Source: Minisyncoccia bacterium (GTDB taxonomy: Bacteria > Patescibacteriota > Minisyncoccia > Phycocordibacterales > CALRBL01). Taken from it: a stretch of 64,000 nt of DNA. Below, piece after piece: positions 30,872 to 41,088 of this stretch. Positions within the stretch are counted from its first letter, which is position 1. Every line of letters begins with the position of its first letter. The translations under genes and the position numbers were made by a program. The notes beneath the pieces are model-generated. The model made no database searches. It was not told the origin of the DNA and saw nothing but the letters and a program-made list of their open reading frames with translations. The stretch covers positions 29,329-93,328 of the forward strand of contig JBBRNV010000003.1 in the NCBI GenBank assembly GCA_038230075.1, read 5' to 3'.

Positions 30872-32674
30872 TTATTTTCGCGCGTACTTTGCTCGGTCAG
30901 TTTTTGTTAAGAATTTTTTTCGAAGTCGAGTTGAAGTTGGAGTGATTTCTAAATATTCGTCTTCATTCATTAATTCAAGTCCTCGTTCAATGGTGACTTC
31001 AAGTGGGGGAACCAAGTAAATAGTATCGTCTGATCCTGAGGCTCGCATGTTGGTGAGTTGCTTTCCTTTGGTTGGATTCACATCGAGATCTTCTCCTTTT
31101 GATGTATTTCCAATAACCATTCCATCGTACACTTCGGTACTTGGTCCGATATAGAGCACTCCTCGTTCTTGAAGATTTCCAAGAGAGAAGCCTAGAGCCT
31201 TTCCATTTTCCATTGAAACCATTGAACCAACTTCTCTTTTTTCAATCACACCTGCATATTCTTTAAATTCCATAAATCGAGAACTGAGAATTCCTTCTCC
31301 TTTCGTATCAATCACGAATTGATTTCGAAAACCAAGAAGACCTCGAGTTGGAATATCAAATGTCATTCGAGTAATACCTCGATCGCTATGCATGTTGGTC
31401 ATGATTCCTTTTCTTTTTCCCATTTTTTCAATGACAGTTCCAGAAGTTGTGTCAGGTACGTCGATAATTGCTTCTTCATACGGCTCCATTTTCTTTCCAG
31501 CTTCTTCTTTGATAATTACCTGAGGCTGAGAAACTTGAAGTTCATATCCTTCTCGTCGCATGTTCTCAAGAAGTACGGCAATGTGAAGTTCTCCTCGTCC
31601 AAACACTTTAAAATATTCAGATGATGAAAAATCAACTCGAAGACCAACGTTGATTTCAAGTTCTTTTTCAAGTCGATCTCGAATCTGTCGAGTTGTTACG
31701 TATTTTCCTTCTCGTCCTGCAAATGGTGAGTCGTTCACAAAAAAGTTCAAAGAAATAGTTGGTTCGTCGATGGTGATTGAAGGAAGGGGAAGTTGATCTG
31801 CATTTTCACACACGGTTTCTCCAATGTAGATGTCTGAGATTCCTGCAATCATGACAATATCTCCTGCAATTGCTTCCTGCACTTCTTTTTTAGTTGAGCC
31901 TTCGAAGGTGTAGAGTTTAGTAATTCGAGCTTGTCGTGTTTCAGCAACTTCAGCTCCAGGAGCTAGAGGTTTTTTAATGAAAACATTTTGACCCATTTTG
32001 ATAGTTCCTTTATAGATTCGGGCAACAGCCATTCGTCCGAGAAAGTTGTCATATGCGAGGTTGAATGGTTGTGCTTCAAGCGGAGCAGACACGTCGTTCG
32101 CAGCTGCCGGAACTTTTTCAAGAACGGTATCGAGAAGAGGATTCAATGTTTTTGAATCATCGTTTATGTGTCGTTTTGCAATTCCGTCTCGTCCAATTGC
32201 GTATACAGTTGTGAAATCGAGTTGTTCATCAGTTGCTCCAAGTTCCATGAAAAGTTCAAATACTTCGTCGTGTACTCGATCAGGATTTGCTGCGGGCTTA
32301 TCAATTTTATTTAAAATAACAATGGGCTTCAAACCAAGTTCAAGAGACTTTTTGAGAACGAATCGAGTTTGAGGCATAGGACCTTCTTGAGCGTCGACAA
32401 CTAAAAGCACACAGTCGATAGATCGGAGTACTCGTTCAACTTCTGAACCGAAGTCGGCATGACCTGGTGTATCTACAATATTAATTTTTGTATCTTTGTA
32501 GAAAAGAGAGGTGTTTTTGGCATAAATCGTAATACCACGCTCTCGTTCGAGATCGTTTGAGTCCATACTTCCAGCATCTCCTTTAACAGAACCAGTCTGC
32601 TTAAGAAGGGCGTCAGTAAGGGTGGTTTTGCCGTGGTCCACGTGAGCGATGATTGCAATGTTGCGAATTTCCAT
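30872..32674 (-). CDS. typA: translational GTPase TypA/BipA
   Basis: IRNIAIIAHVDHGKTT, DTPGHADF, GRGELH, RREGYE, TNMRASGSD. Confidence 0.97.
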   Translation of the reverse strand: MEIRNIAIIAHVDHGKTTLTDALLKQTGSVKGDAGSMDSNDLERERGITIYAKNTSLFYKDTKINIVDTPGHADFGSEVERVLRSIDCVLLVVDAQEGPMPQTRFVLKKSLELGLKPIVILNKIDKPAANPDRVHDEVFELFMELGATDEQLDFTTVYAIGRDGIAKRHINDDSKTLNPLLDTVLEKVPAAANDVSAPLEAQPFNLAYDNFLGRMAVARIYKGTIKMGQNVFIKKPLAPGAEVAETRQARITKLYTFEGSTKKEVQEAIAGDIVMIAGISDIYIGETVCENADQLPLPSITIDEPTISLNFFVNDSPFAGREGKYVTTRQIRDRLEKELEINVGLRVDFSSSEYFKVFGRGELHIAVLLENMRREGYELQVSQPQVIIKEEAGKKMEPYEEAIIDVPDTTSGTVIEKMGKRKGIMTNMHSDRGITRMTFDIPTRGLLGFRNQFVIDTKGEGILSSRFMEFKEYAGVIEKREVGSMVSMENGKALGFSLGNLQERGVLYIGPSTEVYDGMVIGNTSKGEDLDVNPTKGKQLTNMRASGSDDTIYLVPPLEVTIERGLELMNEDEYLEITPTSTRLRKKFLTKTDRAKYARK

Positions 32675-32819
32675 ATGAAAAGGTGATTGAGAAATAAAAA
32701 ACGGCTTTTGGCCGAACGGGTATATTTAACCAAATTTTAAGGCTTTGGTCAAATAGAAAGCCCGCCCCGTTAAGACTGCACAGGGGCGGTCTTACTATGG
32801 GCGGGCTGGGCCGTACCAA

Positions 32820-33500
32820 TTAAGGTTTGTCGATGTCTGACTCTGCCAACAAAGCTAACGATCGAACTCGGTCGGTGCCACTTAACGATTCAAATGTCGC
32901 AACCGCGAGGGTGTTGAGAAATTCATTGATCGCCAGATCTTGCTCAGAAAGCAGTGTCGAACGACTGATAACCTCAAGTCCAAAGTGTCGCTTCAAACCT
33001 TTTGTTCCGTTGTAAACTCTCAGGGCTGCTTTCAGCCTTTCCGACATCTTTGACGAAAAATGTTCCTCAGCATCAATACGTTTCTTGGCTAACGGTATGA
33101 ATTGAAGCACATCAAACAAAACCTGTTCGAAGTGCTGTTTGTCGAGTGTGGGGTGGAGATGAGCGAGCCCTTCGAAAAGGCCTGTGATGATAGCGTGGAA
33201 CAGCTCTGCACTTTCTCGATTTTTTGCCGAGATGAGAGCCTCTTTCTTTGCGGACAACGCCTTGAAGAGTGACTTCCGATTGCCGTAGAAGCAGCAAAGT
33301 AGCGCCATGATGGTGACAGCGATATTGTTCAACATCACATCGATTGGCTTTCGTTTTTGACCGATCAAGCCGATAGCTTCAACGGCTTTTCCAACCCTTC
33401 GACCAACTATGGCTTCGAGGGCTGTTTGAATCATTTGGTCTTCGAAATGCACTGCACATTCTGAGATAATGAGGACTGATTTTACTTGTGAACGAACCAT
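32820..33500 (-). CDS. orphan helical hypothetical protein (GC-richer cassette)
   Basis: 226-aa ATG ORF with a C-rich leader, TTGACA at 33611-33606 and a hairpin at 32759-32807. Confidence 0.65.
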   Translation of the reverse strand: MVRSQVKSVLIISECAVHFEDQMIQTALEAIVGRRVGKAVEAIGLIGQKRKPIDVMLNNIAVTIMALLCCFYGNRKSLFKALSAKKEALISAKNRESAELFHAIITGLFEGLAHLHPTLDKQHFEQVLFDVLQFIPLAKKRIDAEEHFSSKMSERLKAALRVYNGTKGLKRHFGLEVISRSTLLSEQDLAINEFLNTLAVATFESLSGTDRVRSLALLAESDIDKP

Positions 33501-33679
33501 GGCGTAAGGATGGGGGGTGGGGGTGTTTGAAAGATCAGAATAGCCACATGGCTATACAAAAGGCAGTGCCAAATGCGGGATAAGAATGTCATGATATAAG
33601 TAATGTGTCAATAATTTACTATTGAAAATTCCATACAATCAACGGTTGACATGTTAACTATACTGTATATACTATTTAT

Positions 33680-34186
33680 ATGGCAGAAACAGAGCAGTAT
33701 ATCGAAACAAGACTCATTGTTCAGAACCTATATAAGACAATGTTTCTGATGGATAAACTGGTTAACAAGACCCTCGACAATGCTGGTCTCATTACTTTTT
33801 CCCAATTTCGAATTCTCATTATCATTTTAAGAAATCCACAATTTTCTCAAAAAGATGTTGCTGATGCATTGCACTTAACAAAAGCTGCAATTAGTAGACA
33901 CGTTGAACAGCTTCGAAAACTGTTACTGCTCGATACAAAAGTTAAACATGATAATAGACGAGAGCAAGAAATTATTTTAACAGAGAAAGGAAAGAAGATT
34001 ATGACTCAAGCGCTTACACTTCTCGATGCAACATTTAAAAAAGTATTTAATGAAATGGATCCGAAAGAACAATCTCAGCTTCTTACTTCCTTCGGAAAAA
34101 TAATAAAAAAAATGCAGAACGAAAACAGTATCGAATGTGAACAACAAAAAACAAACAAACAGAACGCTATTAATAAAAATAAATAA
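33680..34186 (+). CDS. MarR family transcriptional regulator
   Basis: ITFSQFRIL..SQKDVADALHLTKAAISRHV..DNRR..LTEKG. Confidence 0.9.
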   Translation: MAETEQYIETRLIVQNLYKTMFLMDKLVNKTLDNAGLITFSQFRILIIILRNPQFSQKDVADALHLTKAAISRHVEQLRKLLLLDTKVKHDNRREQEIILTEKGKKIMTQALTLLDATFKKVFNEMDPKEQSQLLTSFGKIIKKMQNENSIECEQQKTNKQNAINKNK

Positions 34187-34190
34187 TATT

Positions 34191-35753
34191 ATGAATATCA
34201 ACACATTCAAAAACAAAGCTTGGTCAGTTCTCAAACTAAAATCTGTGTATTTTCCTTTAATTGCACTCATTGTAATTGTTGGAGCGACAAAAGTACTTGG
34301 AGGAAATAAGAAAAGCGCTGTTGAAACAATGACTGTGCAACCCTCTACGTTTTCGCAACAAGTTTCTGTAACGGGAAAAGTGGTATCTGCACAAGATGTA
34401 GATATGAGCTTTGAAAGCGGCGGACGCGTATCTGTTGTTAATATCGACGTGGGACAGCATGTAAAAGCTGGCCAAAGCCTTTCAGTTGTTGATAGTGGAG
34501 ATGCCTACGCTTCATATCTTCAACGACAAGCGGCACTTGAAGCTGAACAAGCTCGACTAAATGCAATGCTTGCAGGAACTCGTCCTGAGGAATTGGCAAT
34601 TGCGCAAACAAGCTACGATCAAGCAAAGAATGCAATTATGAATGCAATCACAAGTGGCTTTACTACTACTGACGATGCAATTCGAATTAAAACAGATCAA
34701 CTTTACACCGATCCTCGAAAGATTAATCCAAAGATTATTTATTTCGATAATTATGATTTAAAAACTAAGTTGGAAACAGAGCGAGTAACAATTGGAACCC
34801 TGTTAGACGCATGGTCAGCGTCAGTTAATAAACTCCAATCAGCTGGATATAGTGATAGTTATCTTGCAGAAGCAAAGTCTAATTTGGTTACAATAAAAGC
34901 TTATCTAGACGAAATTAATATCGCAACTGGTTCAATTCAGCCAGCGACAACAATTCCTCAATCAACAATTGATAAATACCGAAGTGATGCATCAATTGCT
35001 CGATCAAATATTGTAAACGCTATCACTACACTTAACTCTGCTGAAAATTCATTTCGATCTGCGGGAGATCAGTTAGCGCTCAAGAAAGCAGGTTCTCGAC
35101 CAGAAGATATTGATGCCGAACGTGCGAATGTGAAAAGTGCTCAAGCTAATCTTTTAAGTGCTCAAGCGCAACTTAGTCAGCGAAGTATTAATGCTCCGTT
35201 TGATGGTGTGATAACAAAAGTTGATGCAAAAATTGGTCAAATCGTTTCTCCAAGTGTTCCTGTTATTTCAATGATTAGTGATTCAGCCCTTGAAATCGAG
35301 GCGTATATTCCAGAAGCTGATATTGCTAAAGTGCAACTTAAACAAACTGCAAAAGTGTGGCTCGACTCATACGGACCAGATAATAATTTTGACGCGGTTG
35401 TAACTTCAATTGATCCTGCAGAAACAGTTGTTGAAGGAGTGGCGACATATAAAACAAAACTTCAATTCACTAAAACAGATGATCGAGTTCGATCAGGAAT
35501 GACAGCAAACATTGATATTCAAACTGATAATCGAGAAGGGGTTATTTCGATCCCAGCACGAGCGGTGGTAAACACCAATGGAGTAAAAACTGTGTATGTT
35601 GTTGTTAAGGGTTCAAACAACTCATCATCAACTTCAAATCAAGGAGAAGCTCGAGTTGTTGAAACAGGCTCAACTGATACAAAAGGAAATACTGAAATTA
35701 AAACTGGTTTGAAAGCAGGTGACATTATTATTACTAATCCGGTAAGAAGTTAA
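34191..35753 (+). CDS. MacA/HlyD-type efflux membrane-fusion protein
   Basis: VSVTGKV, lipoyl motif GQHVKAGQ, INAPFDGVI, SGMTANIDI, GLKAGD. Confidence 0.9.
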   Translation: MNINTFKNKAWSVLKLKSVYFPLIALIVIVGATKVLGGNKKSAVETMTVQPSTFSQQVSVTGKVVSAQDVDMSFESGGRVSVVNIDVGQHVKAGQSLSVVDSGDAYASYLQRQAALEAEQARLNAMLAGTRPEELAIAQTSYDQAKNAIMNAITSGFTTTDDAIRIKTDQLYTDPRKINPKIIYFDNYDLKTKLETERVTIGTLLDAWSASVNKLQSAGYSDSYLAEAKSNLVTIKAYLDEINIATGSIQPATTIPQSTIDKYRSDASIARSNIVNAITTLNSAENSFRSAGDQLALKKAGSRPEDIDAERANVKSAQANLLSAQAQLSQRSINAPFDGVITKVDAKIGQIVSPSVPVISMISDSALEIEAYIPEADIAKVQLKQTAKVWLDSYGPDNNFDAVVTSIDPAETVVEGVATYKTKLQFTKTDDRVRSGMTANIDIQTDNREGVISIPARAVVNTNGVKTVYVVVKGSNNSSSTSNQGEARVVETGSTDTKGNTEIKTGLKAGDIIITNPVRS

Positions 35754-35755
35754 GT

Positions 35756-36478
35756 ATGGCCACACTTTTACAAATACAAGATTTAGTAAAAGAATATGTT
35801 GATGGTGACACCATCACACGTGCATTAGATGGTATTAACTTTAATGTAAATAAAGGGGAGTTTGTTGCAATCATGGGCCCATCAGGATCAGGTAAATCAA
35901 CACTTCTTCATATGCTTGGTTTCCTTGATAGTCCAACGAGTGGTCAATATATATTTGATGGCATTAACACACATGAGTTAGTAGAAGAAGATGTGGCGAA
36001 ACTTCGAAGTAGAAAAGTAGGGTTTGTTTTCCAAGCATTTAATCTTCTTGCAAAAACGTCTGTTCTTGAAAATGTAAAACTTCCTCTTCTCTATTCTGAT
36101 ATTCCTGAACATGAATGGAATGATCGTGCTAAAAAAGCAATCGATTCTGTTGGATTAACACATCGTTTATATCACGAGCCATCTGAGTTGTCGGGAGGTG
36201 AGAAACAGCGTGTCGCTATTGCTCGTGCTCTCATTAACGATCCTGAAATTATTTTTGCCGACGAACCAACAGGAAATCTTGATTCAACATCGGGAAAAAA
36301 AGTAATGAGCATTCTTGAAGATCTTCACGATAATAAAGGTCATACGATTATTTTAATTACACACGAAACTCACACTGCAGAGCACGCAGAACGAATCATT
36401 CGAATTCTAGATGGAAAAGTAGAGAAAGATGAGAAGGTTCTTAATAAGCGATCATCAACTGATAATTTCCTAAAATAA
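35756..36478 (+). CDS. MacB/LolD-type ABC ATPase
   Basis: [32 protein letters not shown]. Confidence 0.93.
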   Translation: MATLLQIQDLVKEYVDGDTITRALDGINFNVNKGEFVAIMGPSGSGKSTLLHMLGFLDSPTSGQYIFDGINTHELVEEDVAKLRSRKVGFVFQAFNLLAKTSVLENVKLPLLYSDIPEHEWNDRAKKAIDSVGLTHRLYHEPSELSGGEKQRVAIARALINDPEIIFADEPTGNLDSTSGKKVMSILEDLHDNKGHTIILITHETHTAEHAERIIRILDGKVEKDEKVLNKRSSTDNFLK

Positions 36479-36479
36479 T

Positions 36480-37718
36480 ATGAATATCAGACATTACGCA
36501 CATGCTTCGTTTATCGGATTGAAAACAAATCTTGTACGATCAATTCTTACCATTCTAGGTATTGTTATTGGTATCGCATCAATTATTTTGATTGTTTCAC
36601 TTGGAAATGGAGCACAAAATTTGATTCTTGATCAGGTGAAAGGATTGGGAACTCGAACCATTATTATTTCAGCAGGAGGTGATGCGGCTGGCCCTCCAAA
36701 CAGAACTCAATCAACAAAGGTGTCACTTAAGCAACGAGACGTAGATGCACTTGAACAGAAATCAAATGCACCGCATATTTCAAAGGTTATGCCCTTGGTT
36801 AATGGAGCGGGAACTGCTGAAGTTGGTTCAAATAGTTATCGAATCTCGCTTTTTGGAGCAACCGATGCTATGTCTGAAATATATTCTTTAGTACCTGTAG
36901 AAGGGAGCTTTTTTGCTGAAGAAGAGGTACGCTCATCAAGTGATGTGGTAGTTATCGGATCTGAAGTAAAAAATCAGTTATATCCTAATGAAGATGCACT
37001 TGGAAAAAGAATTAAAATCGAAGGACATAACTTTGTCATTGTTGGAGTTCTTCCCTCAAAAGGTTCAAGTGCTTTAATTAACTTCGATAAAGCTGCGATC
37101 ATTCCATATACAACTGCTCAAAATTATATCTTTGGTACAAAATATTTTAATAATATTGTGGTTGAGTCTGATAGTGAAAAAACTATTGCACTTTCTGTTG
37201 ATGACATTAAAAATACCCTTCGAACATTACATAAAATTGAAGATCCAACAAAAGACGACTTTCAAGTTCAAAATCAAGCTGACCTTTCAAATCGGTTAAG
37301 TATCATCACTGATGTTCTGACATATTTCTTAGCAGCAGTTGCTGCAATCTCACTTCTTGTGGGAGGAATTGGTATTATGAATATTATGCTCGTTTCTGTT
37401 ACTGAGAGAACTCGTGAAATTGGTCTTCGAAAAGCAGTTGGGGCAACCAATCGAAATATTCTCATTCAATTTCTTTTGGAAGCAGTGTATCTCACACTCG
37501 CGGGAGGAATTGTTGGGGTGTTAATTGGAACAACACTTTCACTCATCGCTTCATTTTTGATTATTAAAGTATTTGGTTTCGATTGGACATTCATCTTTCC
37601 ATACAGTGCTGCAATTATTGGAGTTGCTGTGTCTGCTGTTGTTGGTCTCGTCTTTGGATTGTATCCTGCTCGTCAGGCTTCAAAGAAAAGTCCGATTGAA
37701 GCACTTCGGTACGAATAA
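36480..37718 (+). CDS. MacB-type ABC permease
   Basis: RSILTILGIVIGI, VGGIGIMNIMLVSVTERTREIG, PIEALRYE. Confidence 0.93.
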   Translation: MNIRHYAHASFIGLKTNLVRSILTILGIVIGIASIILIVSLGNGAQNLILDQVKGLGTRTIIISAGGDAAGPPNRTQSTKVSLKQRDVDALEQKSNAPHISKVMPLVNGAGTAEVGSNSYRISLFGATDAMSEIYSLVPVEGSFFAEEEVRSSSDVVVIGSEVKNQLYPNEDALGKRIKIEGHNFVIVGVLPSKGSSALINFDKAAIIPYTTAQNYIFGTKYFNNIVVESDSEKTIALSVDDIKNTLRTLHKIEDPTKDDFQVQNQADLSNRLSIITDVLTYFLAAVAAISLLVGGIGIMNIMLVSVTERTREIGLRKAVGATNRNILIQFLLEAVYLTLAGGIVGVLIGTTLSLIASFLIIKVFGFDWTFIFPYSAAIIGVAVSAVVGLVFGLYPARQASKKSPIEALRYE

Positions 37719-37768
37719 GAGAAAGGGCGCACGACTTGCGTGCGCCCGATCGGGTGATTTTTCCGGCC

Positions 37769-38122
37769 TCAATAGCCGGACTTTCCCGGATGAAACCACC
37801 AGCCTTTGCGAAGAGGTTTGGTGTTTTCTGTTCGGGATGCTTCGGGTTGAGTGGTCTTTTGCCAAAAGTTTTGACGCCACTTGGTGAAGGGATCGTTGAT
37901 GTTCCGCTCAAACCAGTCTTCGAAGGGGCTGCAGAGCAGCTTCAAGAGCGAGACAGTCAAGAAGGTTGCCAAAACAGAGCCGACAACCAAGATCTTAACG
38001 AAGTGGAAGGGGTCATTGAAGAGCATCCAGAAGGTGAGGAAGAGCAGTGCGGCCGAGATGGCGAACATCTTGATGAACCAAATGAAAGAGCGAGGTTGTG
38101 GGGCGGGTTTCGATTTTTTCAT
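37769..38122 (-). CDS. orphan membrane protein (GC-richer cassette)
   Basis: 2 TM segments, leader AACCCCAACCCCCC, TTGACA at 38185-38180, hairpin gggcgcacg/cgtgcgccc at 37725-37747. Confidence 0.6.
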   Translation of the reverse strand: MKKSKPAPQPRSFIWFIKMFAISAALLFLTFWMLFNDPFHFVKILVVGSVLATFLTVSLLKLLCSPFEDWFERNINDPFTKWRQNFWQKTTQPEASRTENTKPLRKGWWFHPGKSGY

Positions 38123-38190
38123 GAATCAGTTGAGCGGGGGGTTGGGGTTCAGAATCTTTATATAACACTTTTACTACAATGTCAAAGTAT

Positions 38191-38796
38191 TTATTTTTGA
38201 ATTTCAGTTTTTGTATCTTTTGACAACATTTCTAACGCAGCAGGTATTAGAGTAATAATAATAATTCCAATACAAATAGGTAGAAGATATTTTTCGAGAT
38301 TGGGAATGTGTTGACCTAAAAAATAAGCAAGCAGAATTGTTCCCCATGTCCACATGAAAGCACCGATGATGTTGTATGAAAAAAAGTCTTTGACTTTCAT
38401 TTTGGCAACTCCTGCAAGAATGGGAGTGAATGTTCGAATGACAGGAATGAATCGAGCAATAATAATTGCTTTTTTTCCATGTGTTTGAAAAAAGCGTTGT
38501 GTCTTTTCAATGTGTTCTTTTTTAATAAATCGATGCTCTTTGGTAAGAAAAACATCTCCAATCTTTACTCCTAAATAGAAACCAATAATGTCACCAATGA
38601 CTGCTGAAATAAATGTCATGAAAAGCAATGCTGTAAGCGAGAAGTATCCTGCACTTGCAAGTATACCTGCTGCGAAAAGAAGCGAAGCACCAGGAAGAAA
38701 GAAGCCAAGTGGAATACCTGATTCAAATAGAATAATGAAAGAAATACCAAATAATCCGGCTGTTTTTATGAATGGAATTGGGTCAAAAAAATGCAT
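38191..38796 (-). CDS. DedA/VTT family membrane protein
   Basis: ESGIPLGFFLPG, GKKAIIIARFIPVIRTF. Confidence 0.92.
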   Translation of the reverse strand: MHFFDPIPFIKTAGLFGISFIILFESGIPLGFFLPGASLLFAAGILASAGYFSLTALLFMTFISAVIGDIIGFYLGVKIGDVFLTKEHRFIKKEHIEKTQRFFQTHGKKAIIIARFIPVIRTFTPILAGVAKMKVKDFFSYNIIGAFMWTWGTILLAYFLGQHIPNLEKYLLPICIGIIIITLIPAALEMLSKDTKTEIQK

Positions 38797-38854
38797 GAGA
38801 ACTACAGTATACAATCTTTAGCAGAATTTCATAAAGTTTCCTTATGATAGGAGC

Positions 38855-40063
38855 ATGAATCAATCGTTTAGAGATATATTTTCAACATTTATAGAAACAG
38901 GAGACAGAGCTGGTCCTCAGGGAACAGAAATCGTAGACATGATTCTTAATGAAGGGATACAAAGAAATGCATCCGATATTCATATTCGCCCATATGATGC
39001 TGCAATACAAATATTATTTCGTATTGATGGGATACTCGAAGAAGTACTCATACTTCCTATACATCTTAAAGGTGAAATTATCGCCCGAATAAAAATATTA
39101 GCTCGAATTCGACTCGATGATCACGTGATGCCATATGATGGAAGGTTTAAACATCAATCTCAAACAGTACAAGTTGATATTCGTGTGTCCATGGTTCCGA
39201 CTCAGTTTGGACACAATGCAGTTCTTAGAATCTTAGGAAGCAAACAAGAAATATCGTTAACTTCTCTTGGTTTTTCAAAAACTCAATCAAAACTTCTTGA
39301 AGAAGCAGCACAGAAAGAACAAGGAATGATAGTGGTGGTTGGACCAACAGGATCTGGAAAAAGTACAACATTGTATTCTCTTCTCGACCTTGTTGATACT
39401 AAAAGAAAAAGCGTTATTACTATTGAAGATCCAATTGAGTCCACTCTTGAAAACAGTATTCAAATGCAAGTACAAGAAGAAACTGGATTCACATTTGAAA
39501 AAGGTTTGAGAGCAACATTTAGGCAAGATCCAGATGTCATTATGGTTGGTGAAATGAGAGATGCTGAAACTGCTCGTATTGCGTGTAATGCATCGCTCAC
39601 CGGTCATCTTGTCTTTTCAACCCTTCATACCAAGAGTTCAATTGATGCTATTCCAAGGCTCATCGATATGGGTATTCAACAATACGCCGTCGCTTCAGCG
39701 ATCGATCTCATAATTAGCCAAAGATTGTTACCACTTCTTTGTTTGATGTGTAGAAAAGAGACAGTTCCTCAAATTCACGAAGTTGTTCAACTTGAGAAAA
39801 TGCATATTTCTGAGTATCGAACATTTACAGCCAATGGTTGTGAAGATTGTTCGCATAAAGGATATAAAGGAAGAATTGTTATATCAGAACTTCTTTTCAT
39901 CACACAAACCATTCGAAGTTGTATCGTTTCTAAAAAACAAATTCACAACATGTGTGTATCAGGTCAAAACTTTTATTCAATGAAGAGTGATGTATTTGAA
40001 AAGTGTTACCAAGGATTATTAGACTATCGATCAATATTTTTGTATGAAGAAATTATCACATAA
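38855..40063 (+). CDS. type IV pilus/T2SS assembly ATPase (PilB/GspE family)
   Basis: ASDIHI, FRIDG, GPTGSGKSTT, TIEDPIE, RQDPDVIMVGEMRD, TGHLVFSTLH. Confidence 0.93.
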   Translation: MNQSFRDIFSTFIETGDRAGPQGTEIVDMILNEGIQRNASDIHIRPYDAAIQILFRIDGILEEVLILPIHLKGEIIARIKILARIRLDDHVMPYDGRFKHQSQTVQVDIRVSMVPTQFGHNAVLRILGSKQEISLTSLGFSKTQSKLLEEAAQKEQGMIVVVGPTGSGKSTTLYSLLDLVDTKRKSVITIEDPIESTLENSIQMQVQEETGFTFEKGLRATFRQDPDVIMVGEMRDAETARIACNASLTGHLVFSTLHTKSSIDAIPRLIDMGIQQYAVASAIDLIISQRLLPLLCLMCRKETVPQIHEVVQLEKMHISEYRTFTANGCEDCSHKGYKGRIVISELLFITQTIRSCIVSKKQIHNMCVSGQNFYSMKSDVFEKCYQGLLDYRSIFLYEEIIT

Positions 40064-41087
40064 AGAGAAAATTCAATTATGGAAAAAGTTGCATGCACTA
40101 CTCGCTGCCCATATTCCTTTTGACAGAGCTTTAACTATACTTATTGACCAATATAGCAAGACTCCCTTTATGAATAGACTGGAATCTGTCAATAAAGATA
40201 TTTCATCAGGTAAGTCTATTTCTGAGTCATTATTTATTTCAGGGTTGTGTACTACATACGAATTATCTTTGATTAGAATTGGAGAGGAAACCAGAAATCT
40301 TCAACAATCTATTCACTTTCTCATTACGTATCATGAAAAGTTGAATGAACTTAAATCTAAAGTAGTCGGTGTGTGTTTGTACCCTGCAATCATTGGCCTG
40401 TTTATGTTTGGTTTGATTATCTTTCTGGTGATGATTATTTTTCCAAAAATTGTCCCGATGTTTAAAAGTATGAAAGTTACTTTACCTATCAGTACGAAGA
40501 TAATGATTGGTATCAGTGATCTTCTTTCACACCACTATGTGTATGTTATTTCTGGAACTTTAGTAATGCTTGTCTTTGGTTACACAACCTTTACAAAGAG
40601 TAAGGTGGTTAAGAAACATCTTTCTCTTATTCCTTTTTGTATTCCATATATTAAACAAATGATGCATTTGTATGTGTATGCTTCGTGGTCACGAACAATT
40701 GGTATTTTGCTTGCAAGTGGTGTTACAGCTCCACTGTCATTTTCAATCGCTGCTGAAACCATTTCATTTTCTAAGATAAAAAAGTTAAGTATCAGTATTT
40801 CTGAACATATTACTGACGGTGGTCTGATCACGCATCTTTTAAAAAAAGAAAATCAAACTCTTCAACTTTTGTCAGGATTGGTAGGTGTTGGTGAAGAAAC
40901 AGGGACACTTGCTCATAGTTTTATATACGCTGCTGATATATATGAAAATGAATGCTCAGAAGCTGTTAAAAGACTGTCTTCCCTTATTGAACCACTACTC
41001 ATGATATTTCTCGGTGGAATTGTAGTTTTCATTGCTATGGCAATTTTAGGGCCGATTTATCAAATGACCTCTGTAATGAATCATTGA
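40044..41087 (+). CDS. type IV pilus platform protein (PilC/GspF family)
   Basis: GEET, YPAII, LPISTK, GEETGTL, LIEPLL. Confidence 0.9.
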   Translation: MKKLSHKEKIQLWKKLHALLAAHIPFDRALTILIDQYSKTPFMNRLESVNKDISSGKSISESLFISGLCTTYELSLIRIGEETRNLQQSIHFLITYHEKLNELKSKVVGVCLYPAIIGLFMFGLIIFLVMIIFPKIVPMFKSMKVTLPISTKIMIGISDLLSHHYVYVISGTLVMLVFGYTTFTKSKVVKKHLSLIPFCIPYIKQMMHLYVYASWSRTIGILLASGVTAPLSFSIAAETISFSKIKKLSISISEHITDGGLITHLLKKENQTLQLLSGLVGVGEETGTLAHSFIYAADIYENECSEAVKRLSSLIEPLLMIFLGGIVVFIAMAILGPIYQMTSVMNH

Positions 41088-41088
41088 T

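Noticed and set aside
33680-37718. MarR-MacAB-like operon without TolC as a novelty
   Set aside because: TolC-less MFP-ABC systems are well known in monoderms (YknXYZ type).
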